Below, one piece after another: positions 9,891-19,168 of a stretch of 64,000 nucleotides of DNA. Source of the stretch: a virus; the IMG/VR virus record IMGVR_UViG_3300032313_001035. One strand, given 5' to 3'. The translations under genes and the position numbers were made by a program. Under the pieces are notes generated by a model. That model made no database searches, had not been told where the DNA came from, and saw only the letters and a list, made by a program, of their open reading frames with translations. Position 1 is the stretch's first letter, and every line of letters starts with the position of its first letter.

Positions 9891-10997
9891 ATGGATAAAG
9901 AAATTGCATCAATTTTGGACAGCTTAAATGATGTTGTCCCATATTCAGCCTACCTTTCAGAATCAACCCTTTCATCGGTAGATGATTGGATTGATACTGG
10001 AAGCATGGTGCTCAATGCTCTTATTTCTGGTTCATTATATGGTGGTGTTCCGAAAGGTCGGATTACACAATTTGCGGGTCCTTCTCAGAGTTTTAAATCT
10101 GGTATTGTTCTCAATATCTTAGCAAATGCTCAGAAGAAAGGTATGATTCCAGTGATTTTCGATACCGAAGGTGCGATTGATCCCGAATCTGCTGCGAAAT
10201 TTGGTCTCGATATTACTAAAGTAAAATATGTTGGTTGTGAATCAGTTGAACAAACTCGAAACGCAATTTACAAATTTCTCAAAAATGTTCGAGATAAGAA
10301 ACAATTCGGTAAGTTCATTATTGCAATTGATTCCTTGGCAAATTTGAATTCTGAAATGGAATTAACTCGCATGGACAAAGATTCTATGTCTGCTGATATG
10401 GGAACATTTGCCAAGTCTGTAAAGAGTCTTTTGAAGACATGCACAAACATGTCTACTTTGACTAAAACTCCTATCATTATCACAAATCATGTTTATGATG
10501 ATCCTAGTGCAATGTATCCATCTTTAGAGAAGAATATGCCAGGCGGTAAAGCGGCGGTTTATCTTCCTTCCGTGACGGTTCAATTAGCTCGTAAACTTGT
10601 CAAAGATGGTGAATTGAAACAGGTCAATGATAAGCTTTCAGCATCCCAGAAAAACTATTCTGGTGTTGTCATTAGAATGCTTACTGTTAAAAATAGATTT
10701 GTTAAACAATATCTGGAAGGTGAAATGTATTTGTCTTTCAGTAATGGTCTGAACAAATACTATGGTCTAGTTGATATTATGAAAGGTATGGGAATTATTT
10801 CCAATTCTGGTTCATCATATTCGGATTGGGAAGGTAATAAACTTGGATACCTCAAGTCATGGTCTAAAGACACCGAGTTGTGGGAAAATAAATTGCTCCC
10901 TGAGCTTGAAAAACGTATCAAAATACATTGGGCATATGGTTCATCTCCTGACGAAGACGATTTGACTTCTCTGGAAGATGACGATGGTGAAGAATAA
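9891..10997 (+). CDS. uvsX: RecA-like recombinase (T4 UvsX)
   Basis: DTGS..LN.LISG, Walker A GPSQSFKS (T4-type), FDTE, IDSL, TNH, GG; acidic tail. Confidence 0.93.
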   Translation: MDKEIASILDSLNDVVPYSAYLSESTLSSVDDWIDTGSMVLNALISGSLYGGVPKGRITQFAGPSQSFKSGIVLNILANAQKKGMIPVIFDTEGAIDPESAAKFGLDITKVKYVGCESVEQTRNAIYKFLKNVRDKKQFGKFIIAIDSLANLNSEMELTRMDKDSMSADMGTFAKSVKSLLKTCTNMSTLTKTPIIITNHVYDDPSAMYPSLEKNMPGGKAAVYLPSVTVQLARKLVKDGELKQVNDKLSASQKNYSGVVIRMLTVKNRFVKQYLEGEMYLSFSNGLNKYYGLVDIMKGMGIISNSGSSYSDWEGNKLGYLKSWSKDTELWENKLLPELEKRIKIHWAYGSSPDEDDLTSLEDDDGEE

Positions 10998-11780
10998 ATG
11001 AAAATCCGCGAAGGAATACATTTGTTTCATGGTGATTGCTTGGAAGTTCTAAAAAAGCTTCCAAGCAATTCTATTGATTTGATTTTGGCAGATCCCCCAT
11101 ACGAACAAAATATTCGTCTTAAATGGGATAAAATGATCGACTTCGAAACTCTTTGGGTCGAGCTTGGTAGAATAGCCAAAGACAAAAGCCCAATAGTTTT
11201 AATGGGTAATCAACCATTCACTACCGATCTTATAAATTCAAAAAGAGATTGGTTTAGATACGAATGGGTATGGGACAAACATATACCTCGTGGCATGCAC
11301 CAAGCTAAATTTCAACCAATGCGAAAACACGAAAATGTTATAGTGTTTTCTAAAAATTATCCTACCAATTATTATCCTATAATGGAGGAGCGTGATAAAC
11401 CTATCAAAAGAAAGAATTATAATAAAAATTCTAAAGGTATTGATGGGCATTACAAAGAAGATCAAACCGATAAATGGTTTGAATATACTCACAAGAACCC
11501 GAATACTATTATAACAGGTTGTTGGGAAAAAAATAAAGGTAAAGTCCATCCTACACAAAAACCCGTGTCATTGATGGAATATCTAATCAAAACTTATACA
11601 AAAGAAAATGATTTGGTATTAGATTTTTGTTTTGGGTCTAACTCATGTGGGGTAGCTGCTTTGAATACCAATAGAAAATATATTGGTATCGAAAGAGACA
11701 AAGATTATTTCGAGCAGGGTAAAACCCGAATGGTTAATCATTTATCATCAACCAATGATGATAATTCTTCGGCTTCTTAA
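10998..11780 (+). CDS. Beta-class N6-adenine/N4-cytosine DNA methyltransferase
   Basis: GDCLE, catalytic DPPY, HPTQKP, C-terminal SAM-binding VLDFCFGSNS, IGIE. Confidence 0.92.
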   Translation: MKIREGIHLFHGDCLEVLKKLPSNSIDLILADPPYEQNIRLKWDKMIDFETLWVELGRIAKDKSPIVLMGNQPFTTDLINSKRDWFRYEWVWDKHIPRGMHQAKFQPMRKHENVIVFSKNYPTNYYPIMEERDKPIKRKNYNKNSKGIDGHYKEDQTDKWFEYTHKNPNTIITGCWEKNKGKVHPTQKPVSLMEYLIKTYTKENDLVLDFCFGSNSCGVAALNTNRKYIGIERDKDYFEQGKTRMVNHLSSTNDDNSSAS

Positions 11781-13752
11781 ATCCACGTTCTTTAAATTCT
11801 CCGACAGTGTTGGAGAATCTATCTTTTTTGACTTGTTCAGTGAAATAATCCATCACTGAACTCTCGTTCAAACCTTTTTGTTTGAGAGCAGAAATTCTTT
11901 CGCTGAGTCTGTCCATTTCATCCAAATCTGGATCATCTGACATCATTATTTCCGATAGTCTATCTTCTAATTCGGAAATAGACTCGGATGGTTCATCTTC
12001 GTCAGCGATGTCTTCTTCTGTGTCTATCACATCATCTTCAACATCTGCCATATCATCTTCAGTATCCATTGTGTCATCTTCGACATCTGCCGTATCATCT
12101 TCGGTATCGAAGTCATCATCTTCTGTTGGTTCTTCAGCAACTGAAGATGCTTCTTTTTTGAGGTCTTTTATTTCTTTTTCGATTCTTTCGATTTCATCGA
12201 AATCTGTATCATCATCCAATAACAAATCTTGTAGACGATATTCTAGCTCATCAATTTTTGCTTGAGTTTCTGCGCTAATACCAGCTTTTGCCACAGGTTT
12301 GGTGGTTTTTCGAGTGGATGAATCCGACTTATTAGCTTCTTTTGATTTTCTCATTTGCTCTCTAATAGTCTTTTCTTTTTTCCATATTTTATACCAATTA
12401 TCAAAAGTTTTTATTTTTTCTGGTGTATCCAATACTTTTTTCACGGTAGCCGTATCAAATTCTTCGTATTTATCAAAATCGGAATCCGATACTGTGTTGA
12501 ATTCAGGTTGTTTGGCTAATTTCAACATATATTTACCAAGCATCTCTATTTCATTGGAATCATAAGAACTCAACATTTCCATGAAATCTTTTTTAGTAAT
12601 CGAATCGTCTTCAATAAAATTGGAAAAATCGCCCAATAGTTTATCCGTAATCATTTTATGTGTCGCGATTGCCTTATCAGTATCATTATTTGCCTTACCA
12701 CTTCTTCTAATTTTAAAGAAATAATCTATAACATTTCTCAATCCTTCAAGCGGAAAATTATCGGTTGAAGTTTTTGTTTCAGTTGTTTTATTTTTAATAC
12801 CATCCTTTTGTATTTTTTTTATTTTACTGATTAACGGTGATGCAGCAGCATAAATTCTATCTTTATCAAATCTGTTTATACCAAAAATTTCCTGAACACG
12901 TTTATCAGCAGCTATTGCAAAAGCAGATGTTTTAGGAACTCGTCTACCATAACTTATTGAAGGGGATTCTGTTTCTGCTTTCTCGGCATTTGCTACATCT
13001 TTATTCACCCGAACACGTTCTCTCAAATCATTTATATCTAGAAAATCTATACCATCCTCGCTTAAAAAGCCTCTTGGGTTATCTTTGATATATTTTTCAT
13101 CTTCGGGTGATAGACTTGTTCTGTTTTTCAAGAACAATTGTGTGCGTTTCTTAGCCAATTCTCTATCATTTAAATTTTCTTGCTTCTTAGATTTGTCAAG
13201 CATGTATTCAATTTCATCTGGGGAATCGACATCATCTGGTATTGTGTCTAAAATAGTATTACCAGTTTTACGTTTTTTTGCTGCCGATGGAGCATCCAAA
13301 TATTCAATGATATTATTGGTATTGAGTAATTGTTTTTTAATATCTTGCGATAATATCTTTTTGATATTATCTTTAACTACGGTAAAAAGACCATATTCTG
13401 CTTGTTTTTGAGAAGATGGGGAATTAGATCCTGTGCTCGATAACCAATTTAAAAATTCGTCAGTATAAATCCTAGTTCCTTTTACTTTTTTGACAACAGT
13501 TGGTATATAATCCCAAATATATTTTTGATCGTAATCCAATATATCCAATAAAGTGGTAAGCAGGTAATCAATCGTCTTTGCTCTCAAATGTCCTGGTGAA
13601 CTAACCTTGCCTTCAGTTCTGATTATGTCCTTTACAGCATTGTAAATTTCATCATTGAAATCTTGTAATTTTAATTTACTCCAGACATTCGCCCTATCTT
13701 CATTGATAAGTTGAACGCGCTCGGTTAAATAATCCAGATCATAAATTCTCAT
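11734..13752 (-). CDS. Large hypothetical late protein with acidic repeats, possible head core/ejected protein
   Basis: 672 aa; TAAATA 5 nt upstream; D/E-rich heptad repeats flanked by a duplicated helical motif. Confidence 0.65.
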   Translation of the reverse strand: MRIYDLDYLTERVQLINEDRANVWSKLKLQDFNDEIYNAVKDIIRTEGKVSSPGHLRAKTIDYLLTTLLDILDYDQKYIWDYIPTVVKKVKGTRIYTDEFLNWLSSTGSNSPSSQKQAEYGLFTVVKDNIKKILSQDIKKQLLNTNNIIEYLDAPSAAKKRKTGNTILDTIPDDVDSPDEIEYMLDKSKKQENLNDRELAKKRTQLFLKNRTSLSPEDEKYIKDNPRGFLSEDGIDFLDINDLRERVRVNKDVANAEKAETESPSISYGRRVPKTSAFAIAADKRVQEIFGINRFDKDRIYAAASPLISKIKKIQKDGIKNKTTETKTSTDNFPLEGLRNVIDYFFKIRRSGKANNDTDKAIATHKMITDKLLGDFSNFIEDDSITKKDFMEMLSSYDSNEIEMLGKYMLKLAKQPEFNTVSDSDFDKYEEFDTATVKKVLDTPEKIKTFDNWYKIWKKEKTIREQMRKSKEANKSDSSTRKTTKPVAKAGISAETQAKIDELEYRLQDLLLDDDTDFDEIERIEKEIKDLKKEASSVAEEPTEDDDFDTEDDTADVEDDTMDTEDDMADVEDDVIDTEEDIADEDEPSESISELEDRLSEIMMSDDPDLDEMDRLSERISALKQKGLNESSVMDYFTEQVKKDRFSNTVGEFKERGFKKPKNYHHWLMIND
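11990..12125 (-). repeat. Coding tandem repeat, about 21 nt (7 aa, D[TV]EDDxx)
   Basis: FDTEDDTADVEDDTMDTEDDMADVEDDVIDTEEDIADEDE. Confidence 0.75.
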
Positions 13753-13798
13753 ATTCTTATTTAACGGATTTATAACATTTTCAGTTAAATAAATTAGT

Positions 13799-14518
13799 AT
13801 GATTTCGTTCGCAAAACACTACTTGATCAAAGAAGCTTTTGATACTGTAACAGAATTTTTATTGAATCCTGAACACTCGGATAAAGAGTATGATGAACTA
13901 GTCGCGGAGTTTGAAGCTTCTGGTGGTGAAGTTTTGGGTTCTGGATCATTTGGTATTGTATATTCACACCCAAGTTGGCCCTATGTTCTCAAAGTGTTTA
14001 GTTGGGATGATCCATATCTAAAATTTGCGAGATACGCATACGACAACCCACATCCATCTTTTCCAAAATTTTATGGTAAACCACAACGTGTTGTCCCTAA
14101 TTATACGAGATACAAAGATGAAGCGAAGCAATATCTGGCAAGAATTGAACGTTTGGAACCAAGTTCGGAAAATGTTTTGAATAAAATAAATGTGGAGCTT
14201 ATGTTATACTTTCATTTAAGGGACAATCCAGAATTGATAAAAAATCGAGTAGATTTTATGAAATTGTCTAGTAAAGTCAAAGCATTACCTAAAGAAATTT
14301 ATAATCTATTGGATGGATTATATTTAATACGTAGAGATCTTCCTACATTGAACCCTGATTTACATGAAGATAATGTGATGATGAGAGACGATGGTCAATA
14401 TGTATGGATTGATCCTGTTTGGACTGGCGATGAAGCTAGCGAAAACCCACTGACCGCTGCTATGACATCCAAGGACTACGCTCCCGAAAACATGTTGCGT
14501 GGGGGAAGAACATCTTGA
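13799..14518 (+). CDS. Ser/Thr protein kinase-like protein
   Basis: Gly loop LGSGSFGIVY, VLK lysine, catalytic DLHEDNVM, metal-binding IDP; TAAATA 7 nt upstream. Confidence 0.85.
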   Translation: MISFAKHYLIKEAFDTVTEFLLNPEHSDKEYDELVAEFEASGGEVLGSGSFGIVYSHPSWPYVLKVFSWDDPYLKFARYAYDNPHPSFPKFYGKPQRVVPNYTRYKDEAKQYLARIERLEPSSENVLNKINVELMLYFHLRDNPELIKNRVDFMKLSSKVKALPKEIYNLLDGLYLIRRDLPTLNPDLHEDNVMMRDDGQYVWIDPVWTGDEASENPLTAAMTSKDYAPENMLRGGRTS

Positions 14519-14542
14519 CAAATTAATACGGTGTGTTAAAGT
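14515..14542 (+). promoter_or_regulatory. sigma70-like promoter with extended -10
   Basis: TTGACA-N16-TAAAGT with TG at the extended -10 position, 6 nt to ATG 14549. Confidence 0.65.
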
Positions 14543-14548
14543 TAGCAC

Positions 14549-15208
14549 ATGAATAATTCGGATAATATAGCTATTTATACTGCTACTAAAGGAAATGATT
14601 TAAGTTTTCCGCTGACTAATAGCTTAAAAAGATTAAATCTGCAAAAATTTTTATACACAAAATTTGCTAATACACAGTCTTTAGCCAAGGTTTATAATGA
14701 ATTTTTAGATGATGCCTTAAAAAAAGACCTTGATTATGTCATTTTTACCCATGATGACGTATGGATTGAACATGATTTTAGGTTAAATTTACAAGAATCT
14801 TTCGATTCATTTGATGTTGTTGGTGTAGCGGGTTGTTCTAAAGCTCAAATTAAGTCACCAGCACTATGGCATCTTATGGGTAATGGTAATTTACACGGTG
14901 CAGTGGCGCATAAATACGGTAATAGTAAAGCCATGACTAGTTTTGGTATTTACCCCCATAGAGTAGTTATGATTGATGGGGTGTTTATGGCTTTAAATAA
15001 GAAAGCCATTAAAACCGTAAGGTTTGATGAACAATGCCCATCAAAATGGCATTTCTATGATCTTTGTTTCAGTGCAAGATGTTTACAAAATAACTTGAAA
15101 ATTGGTGTGAGTGATATTATCATAACTCATGAGTCCCATGGTTTGCGGAATTTCACAGATGACTGGAAGATGGGAGAACAATATTACATAGAAACATATA
15201 ATTCTTAA
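14549..15208 (+). CDS. GT-A (GT2-like) glycosyltransferase
   Basis: SLAKVYN, FTHDDV (DxD-type), VGVAG, IDGVFMA, FDE...WHFYD. Confidence 0.8.
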   Translation: MNNSDNIAIYTATKGNDLSFPLTNSLKRLNLQKFLYTKFANTQSLAKVYNEFLDDALKKDLDYVIFTHDDVWIEHDFRLNLQESFDSFDVVGVAGCSKAQIKSPALWHLMGNGNLHGAVAHKYGNSKAMTSFGIYPHRVVMIDGVFMALNKKAIKTVRFDEQCPSKWHFYDLCFSARCLQNNLKIGVSDIIITHESHGLRNFTDDWKMGEQYYIETYNS

Positions 15209-16524
15209 TGAGTGAAATAGATTTAGATTATTTTGAAAAGATTTTGGTCAAAAATGCCATGACAAATGGTAGTTATTTGGCATCTATTGCTGATCACGTT
15301 CGACCAAAATACTTCAACGATAAGTTTATTGCCAAATATTTCGAAATAGTATCGGATTTTTACGATAAAAGGCAAGCGTTGCCAACCTTTACAGAGATAA
15401 AGACCTATCTAATCTCAGATGAATTAAAAAATGGATTTAAACAACTCATAGAATCGTTCAAAGAGCTAGATTCTACTCAAAATAACGACGAACTGTATGC
15501 AAATACCGAAAAATTCCTTAAAGAGAGAGGTATGTATCATTCAATATTGGAATCCGCTGAGAAAATCTCAGAAGGAGATGTAGATACATCAGAAATCGTC
15601 GAGAAATTTGAGAAAATTGCTGGTATAAACCTCAATGTAGACAAGGGTATTGAGATTTATGGTGATGTCGAGAAGGTTATTGACGACATTTTGAATGATG
15701 AGACCATGATATCATCTAAATGGTCGTGGTTAGATGACGCACTTGGAGGTGGTTTTGCTGAAGTAGGTAAAGCATTATATGTATTTGCAGGTCAATCTAA
15801 TATAGGTAAGAGTATTTTCTTAGGTAATGTGGCTGCTAACATGGCATCACAGAACAAAAACGTATTAGTAATAACATTAGAGATGTCTGAAACGCTTTAT
15901 GCTAAGAGAATAGCATCGAATATTACTAAAATACCGATGAAAGACTTCAGACATAACGTTCCGACACTGCGACATGCGTTGGAAGAAGAGCATGATAAAA
16001 CAGGTGGTAGAATTTACATTAAAGAGTTTCCTCCATCTACCATCACACCCAAACAATTAGGTGCATTTATCAAAAAAATGAACGATTCTGGTATTAGAAT
16101 CGATGGTGTCGTAGTCGATTACCTAACATTGTTGACCGCTGCTGGTTCTAATTCATATGAGAAGGGTAAAAATATCTGTGAACAGATCAGAGCGTTGTCC
16201 TATGTATTCAAATGTCCTTTTGTATCAGCTTGTCAGTTAAATCGTAGTTCTATTAACGAAAATAACCCTGATATGTCGGGTATTGCGGAGAGTCTTTCTA
16301 TTGCGATGACCGCAGATGTTATCGTATCCATCTTTCAAAATGAAGAAGACCAAGAATTGGGGGTAATTCGTCTCGGTATGATGAAAAATCGATTCGGTCC
16401 GAGGGGTATGGTTCAAACTATGAGAATTGATTACCCGACACTCACTGTTCACCAATCGGATGAAGATGATGAAGAAATCATGTCTGATGATGAGTTGAGT
16501 CTACTAGAAAAATTTAGCGGTTAA
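15208..16524 (+). CDS. 41: DnaB-like replicative helicase (T4 gp41-like)
   Basis: Walker A GQSNIGKS, ITLEMS, IKEFP, VVDYL, QLNR, AES, KNRFG. Confidence 0.94.
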   Translation: MSEIDLDYFEKILVKNAMTNGSYLASIADHVRPKYFNDKFIAKYFEIVSDFYDKRQALPTFTEIKTYLISDELKNGFKQLIESFKELDSTQNNDELYANTEKFLKERGMYHSILESAEKISEGDVDTSEIVEKFEKIAGINLNVDKGIEIYGDVEKVIDDILNDETMISSKWSWLDDALGGGFAEVGKALYVFAGQSNIGKSIFLGNVAANMASQNKNVLVITLEMSETLYAKRIASNITKIPMKDFRHNVPTLRHALEEEHDKTGGRIYIKEFPPSTITPKQLGAFIKKMNDSGIRIDGVVVDYLTLLTAAGSNSYEKGKNICEQIRALSYVFKCPFVSACQLNRSSINENNPDMSGIAESLSIAMTADVIVSIFQNEEDQELGVIRLGMMKNRFGPRGMVQTMRIDYPTLTVHQSDEDDEEIMSDDELSLLEKFSG

Positions 16525-16565
16525 TAACATTTAAATATTGTAAGAATACCTGATTAAATAAAAAC

Positions 16566-16769
16566 ATGCCCTACAATCGAAAAGGTAAATGTGTTTATAA
16601 AAAAAATACAGGTAAGAAAGTTGGATGCTCTAAAACTATTGGAAAAGCTAAAAAATATCTTACCGCTTTGCAGATCAATGCCTCGGAGGAAGAAGAACAT
16701 TCCTTCAATGAAACATATAAGGAAATGATGGAATCTTTAAGGATTTTTGATAAGTATAAAGGTGAATAA
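16566..16769 (+). CDS. Small basic Cys-containing late protein
   Basis: MPY..KGKCVYKK..GKKVGCS....AKKYL.AL; TAAATA 5 nt upstream. Confidence 0.6.
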   Translation: MPYNRKGKCVYKKNTGKKVGCSKTIGKAKKYLTALQINASEEEEHSFNETYKEMMESLRIFDKYKGE

Positions 16770-17268
16770 AAAAGATCAGGATAACATTGGATTCATATAT
16801 GAAAATATATTATTAGAGGCTAGTTTATCCAATAAAAATCTTTTTTATGGCTTAAAAAGTATGTTGGATGATGGGGACGATTTCACAATGTTGACAGATA
16901 GAAACATTGAGAAAGATGATCAACAAACTATGTCTTGTCAGTTTATATATAAAGGAACTAGACATATTAGAGTTTTCACGAGCGCATTTTTTTCGACTAA
17001 AAACTATGATAATCCTTCTCATCTCACAGTTTCTATATTTGAGGTGACACCAGAAGGTAAAACCATATCTAAGTTGGATACTAATGCTTTCTATAACAAA
17101 GGGGCGTATTTCGACATCTCACACGATCCGATAATATCTTCTGTCGAGAATTTTGTCAAATATGTCAAGTCGGTGTTGGACAGGTCTGATAGAGATCGTG
17201 GAAATGATGATGAAACGAGGCTTCCTAAATCACCAACCCCAACGAGTAAAAAATTAATATCGATTTGA
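16762..17268 (+). CDS. Hypothetical late protein
   Basis: TAAGTA 16751-16756, GTG start at 16762 (MNKKDQDNIGFIYENILLEA). Confidence 0.6.
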   Translation: MNKKDQDNIGFIYENILLEASLSNKNLFYGLKSMLDDGDDFTMLTDRNIEKDDQQTMSCQFIYKGTRHIRVFTSAFFSTKNYDNPSHLTVSIFEVTPEGKTISKLDTNAFYNKGAYFDISHDPIISSVENFVKYVKSVLDRSDRDRGNDDETRLPKSPTPTSKKLISI

Positions 17269-17319
17269 TACGGTATTAATTTTGTTTATTATATAAAAAC
17301 TGATGGAATCTTCAAATAC

Positions 17320-17398
17320 TTGACAACTGATCGATATATGCTATGATTCCCACATGGAATCGCCTATTGACAAACTCATAAAAATTAATAATTATGAT
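17320..17398 (+). promoter_or_regulatory. Tandem sigma70-like promoters with inverted repeat
   Basis: TTGACA-N16-TATGAT (17320-17347), second TTGACA at 17367, GATTCC-N5-GGAATC at 17345-17361. Confidence 0.55.
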
Positions 17399-18253
17399 AT
17401 GTCTAAAATTTTTGCGTGGGTAAATTCCGATTTGGATGGTATAGGTTCTACCATCTTGTTGGGTAATTTATTTAAAAATTTTGAATATCGTCACTGTTTC
17501 TTTGGTAATTTCGAAGAGCAATATCTGCTATGGGCTAAGGATAATGCGGTAGATTACGATAAAATTTTCATCGTTGGTATGGTTTTGGATCAAAATCTTG
17601 TCAAAAAAATAGATGACCAGAGAGTAGTATTTGTATCCGACCGAAATGAACAATTTAAAACATGGGATTCTACCATTATTCATGATGAATGTTCATCTTG
17701 CACAAAATTATTATATAAAAAATTTAAAGAAAAGATTGAATTTACTAAAAATTTGAAAAAATTCTTTCTTTATGTTGATGATTACAATTCGTATGAATTG
17801 AAACACGAAGAAACCAAATATCTAAACGCATTTTATAGAAAATCTGGAGCTAATCGTTTTATTAATTTTGTAAATCGTTTCTGGAACGGTTTTGACGGGT
17901 TTAAAAAATCAGAAGTCAAACTTGCCGATGCATTCTTTAAAGAATTAGATAAAGAATTATCCGAAATCACCCTTTACAAGGGAGAATGGAGTGGTTATAA
18001 TATCGTCTCCACCATATCAAAATTTTCGGTTAATGAATTAGCACACTCTATTATGACCAATTACAATGGTGACGCTGTTATCATCATGAATCCAGATACT
18101 CAGTTTGTTTCATTCAGAAAATATAAAGGTTCTGGTATTGATATTGTTAAAATTGCAAATATACTATGCGATGGTGGCGGTGGCGAATGGGCAGCAGGTG
18201 GCAAGATCACCAAGGAATTTTTAAAATTTAGCGAAACTTTGAAAGAAATTTAA
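17354..18253 (+). CDS. DHH/DHHA1-family phosphoesterase-like protein with degenerate motifs (start 17354 or 17399)
   Basis: SDLDG motif I, YVDDY, VSFR and GGGG..AAG DHHA1 motif; DHH triad absent. Confidence 0.7.
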   Translation: MESPIDKLIKINNYDMSKIFAWVNSDLDGIGSTILLGNLFKNFEYRHCFFGNFEEQYLLWAKDNAVDYDKIFIVGMVLDQNLVKKIDDQRVVFVSDRNEQFKTWDSTIIHDECSSCTKLLYKKFKEKIEFTKNLKKFFLYVDDYNSYELKHEETKYLNAFYRKSGANRFINFVNRFWNGFDGFKKSEVKLADAFFKELDKELSEITLYKGEWSGYNIVSTISKFSVNELAHSIMTNYNGDAVIIMNPDTQFVSFRKYKGSGIDIVKIANILCDGGGGEWAAGGKITKEFLKFSETLKEI

Positions 18254-18255
18254 TT

Positions 18256-18567
18256 ATGATTAATCCATCTGATTCTATAGTCGAGGAAGAAATAAATCAC
18301 CTTTTTCTGTGTTTCTGCACATTTGTGAACAACTTGAAAGGTAAGAAATTATCAATTCAAAACGTATTTGTGACCACTTTGCAGGAAGAAAAATTAAAAA
18401 CAATATTGAAAACTATTTTATCTCTTGATTCTGACCAAGAACTTGTTAAAGTGTTCTTGGAATACGATCCAACTATCGCAAAATCTAAGTATGTTACCAA
18501 ATTCATCAACAATTTAAGTAAAGCGAATAAGAGTAGAAATGACAAAACTCCAACAAAGAATATATAA
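18256..18567 (+). CDS. Hypothetical protein (syntenic with T4 gp33)
   Basis: 103 aa, two genes upstream of gp32; synteny only. Confidence 0.5.
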   Translation: MINPSDSIVEEEINHLFLCFCTFVNNLKGKKLSIQNVFVTTLQEEKLKTILKTILSLDSDQELVKVFLEYDPTIAKSKYVTKFINNLSKANKSRNDKTPTKNI

Positions 18568-19168
18568 TTCACATTTGGCAATTTCTCGTAAAAAAAGAAA
18601 TAAACCATTTAGAATTAGAAAAGATTTTTCGTCATTAGAGACTCATACCATCGATAAATTGGCAGCACTAGAAAGATTTTTTCTAGGACATCCATCGGTA
18701 AACATTGATGAATATTTCACATCTCCTTATGAAATTTTTGAAGATGATGAATATTTCGATTTAGATTTTTACCTTACATCCAAAGCTAAAAAAGCTTATT
18801 CTCAATACATGAAAAAGTTAGAGATTAGTGATCCTGATACGGAAGCTAGTTTGAAACGCCTTATTGACGGATTAAAATTCGTCAAAACATTTTGCCGAGA
18901 AAAAAACTTGACTCTGGAAAAATATCATGTATATATAGAGAGTAATCTGCCTTGCGTCATCGAGCATTTAAAGAATCACAATATTAACATGTATTGTCTA
19001 CATGCTTTAGGTATTACGAAGATCGATGTGGAGAATAGAGTTTTGGATTTTATTTTTTCTGATTTCTGGACAACTTTTCAGAAGACAAAAAATAAATTCT
19101 TCCTGAGTGGGAAGATGAAAGAACTCGCAAAACAAGCAATAACTAAAATACAACAACAACTAAAATAA
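18539..19168 (+). CDS. Putative helicase loader (T4 gp59-like)
   Basis: 209 aa, basic and aromatic, directly upstream of gp32 as in T4; size and synteny only. Confidence 0.45.
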   Translation: MTKLQQRIYNSHLAISRKKRNKPFRIRKDFSSLETHTIDKLAALERFFLGHPSVNIDEYFTSPYEIFEDDEYFDLDFYLTSKAKKAYSQYMKKLEISDPDTEASLKRLIDGLKFVKTFCREKNLTLEKYHVYIESNLPCVIEHLKNHNINMYCLHALGITKIDVENRVLDFIFSDFWTTFQKTKNKFFLSGKMKELAKQAITKIQQQLK

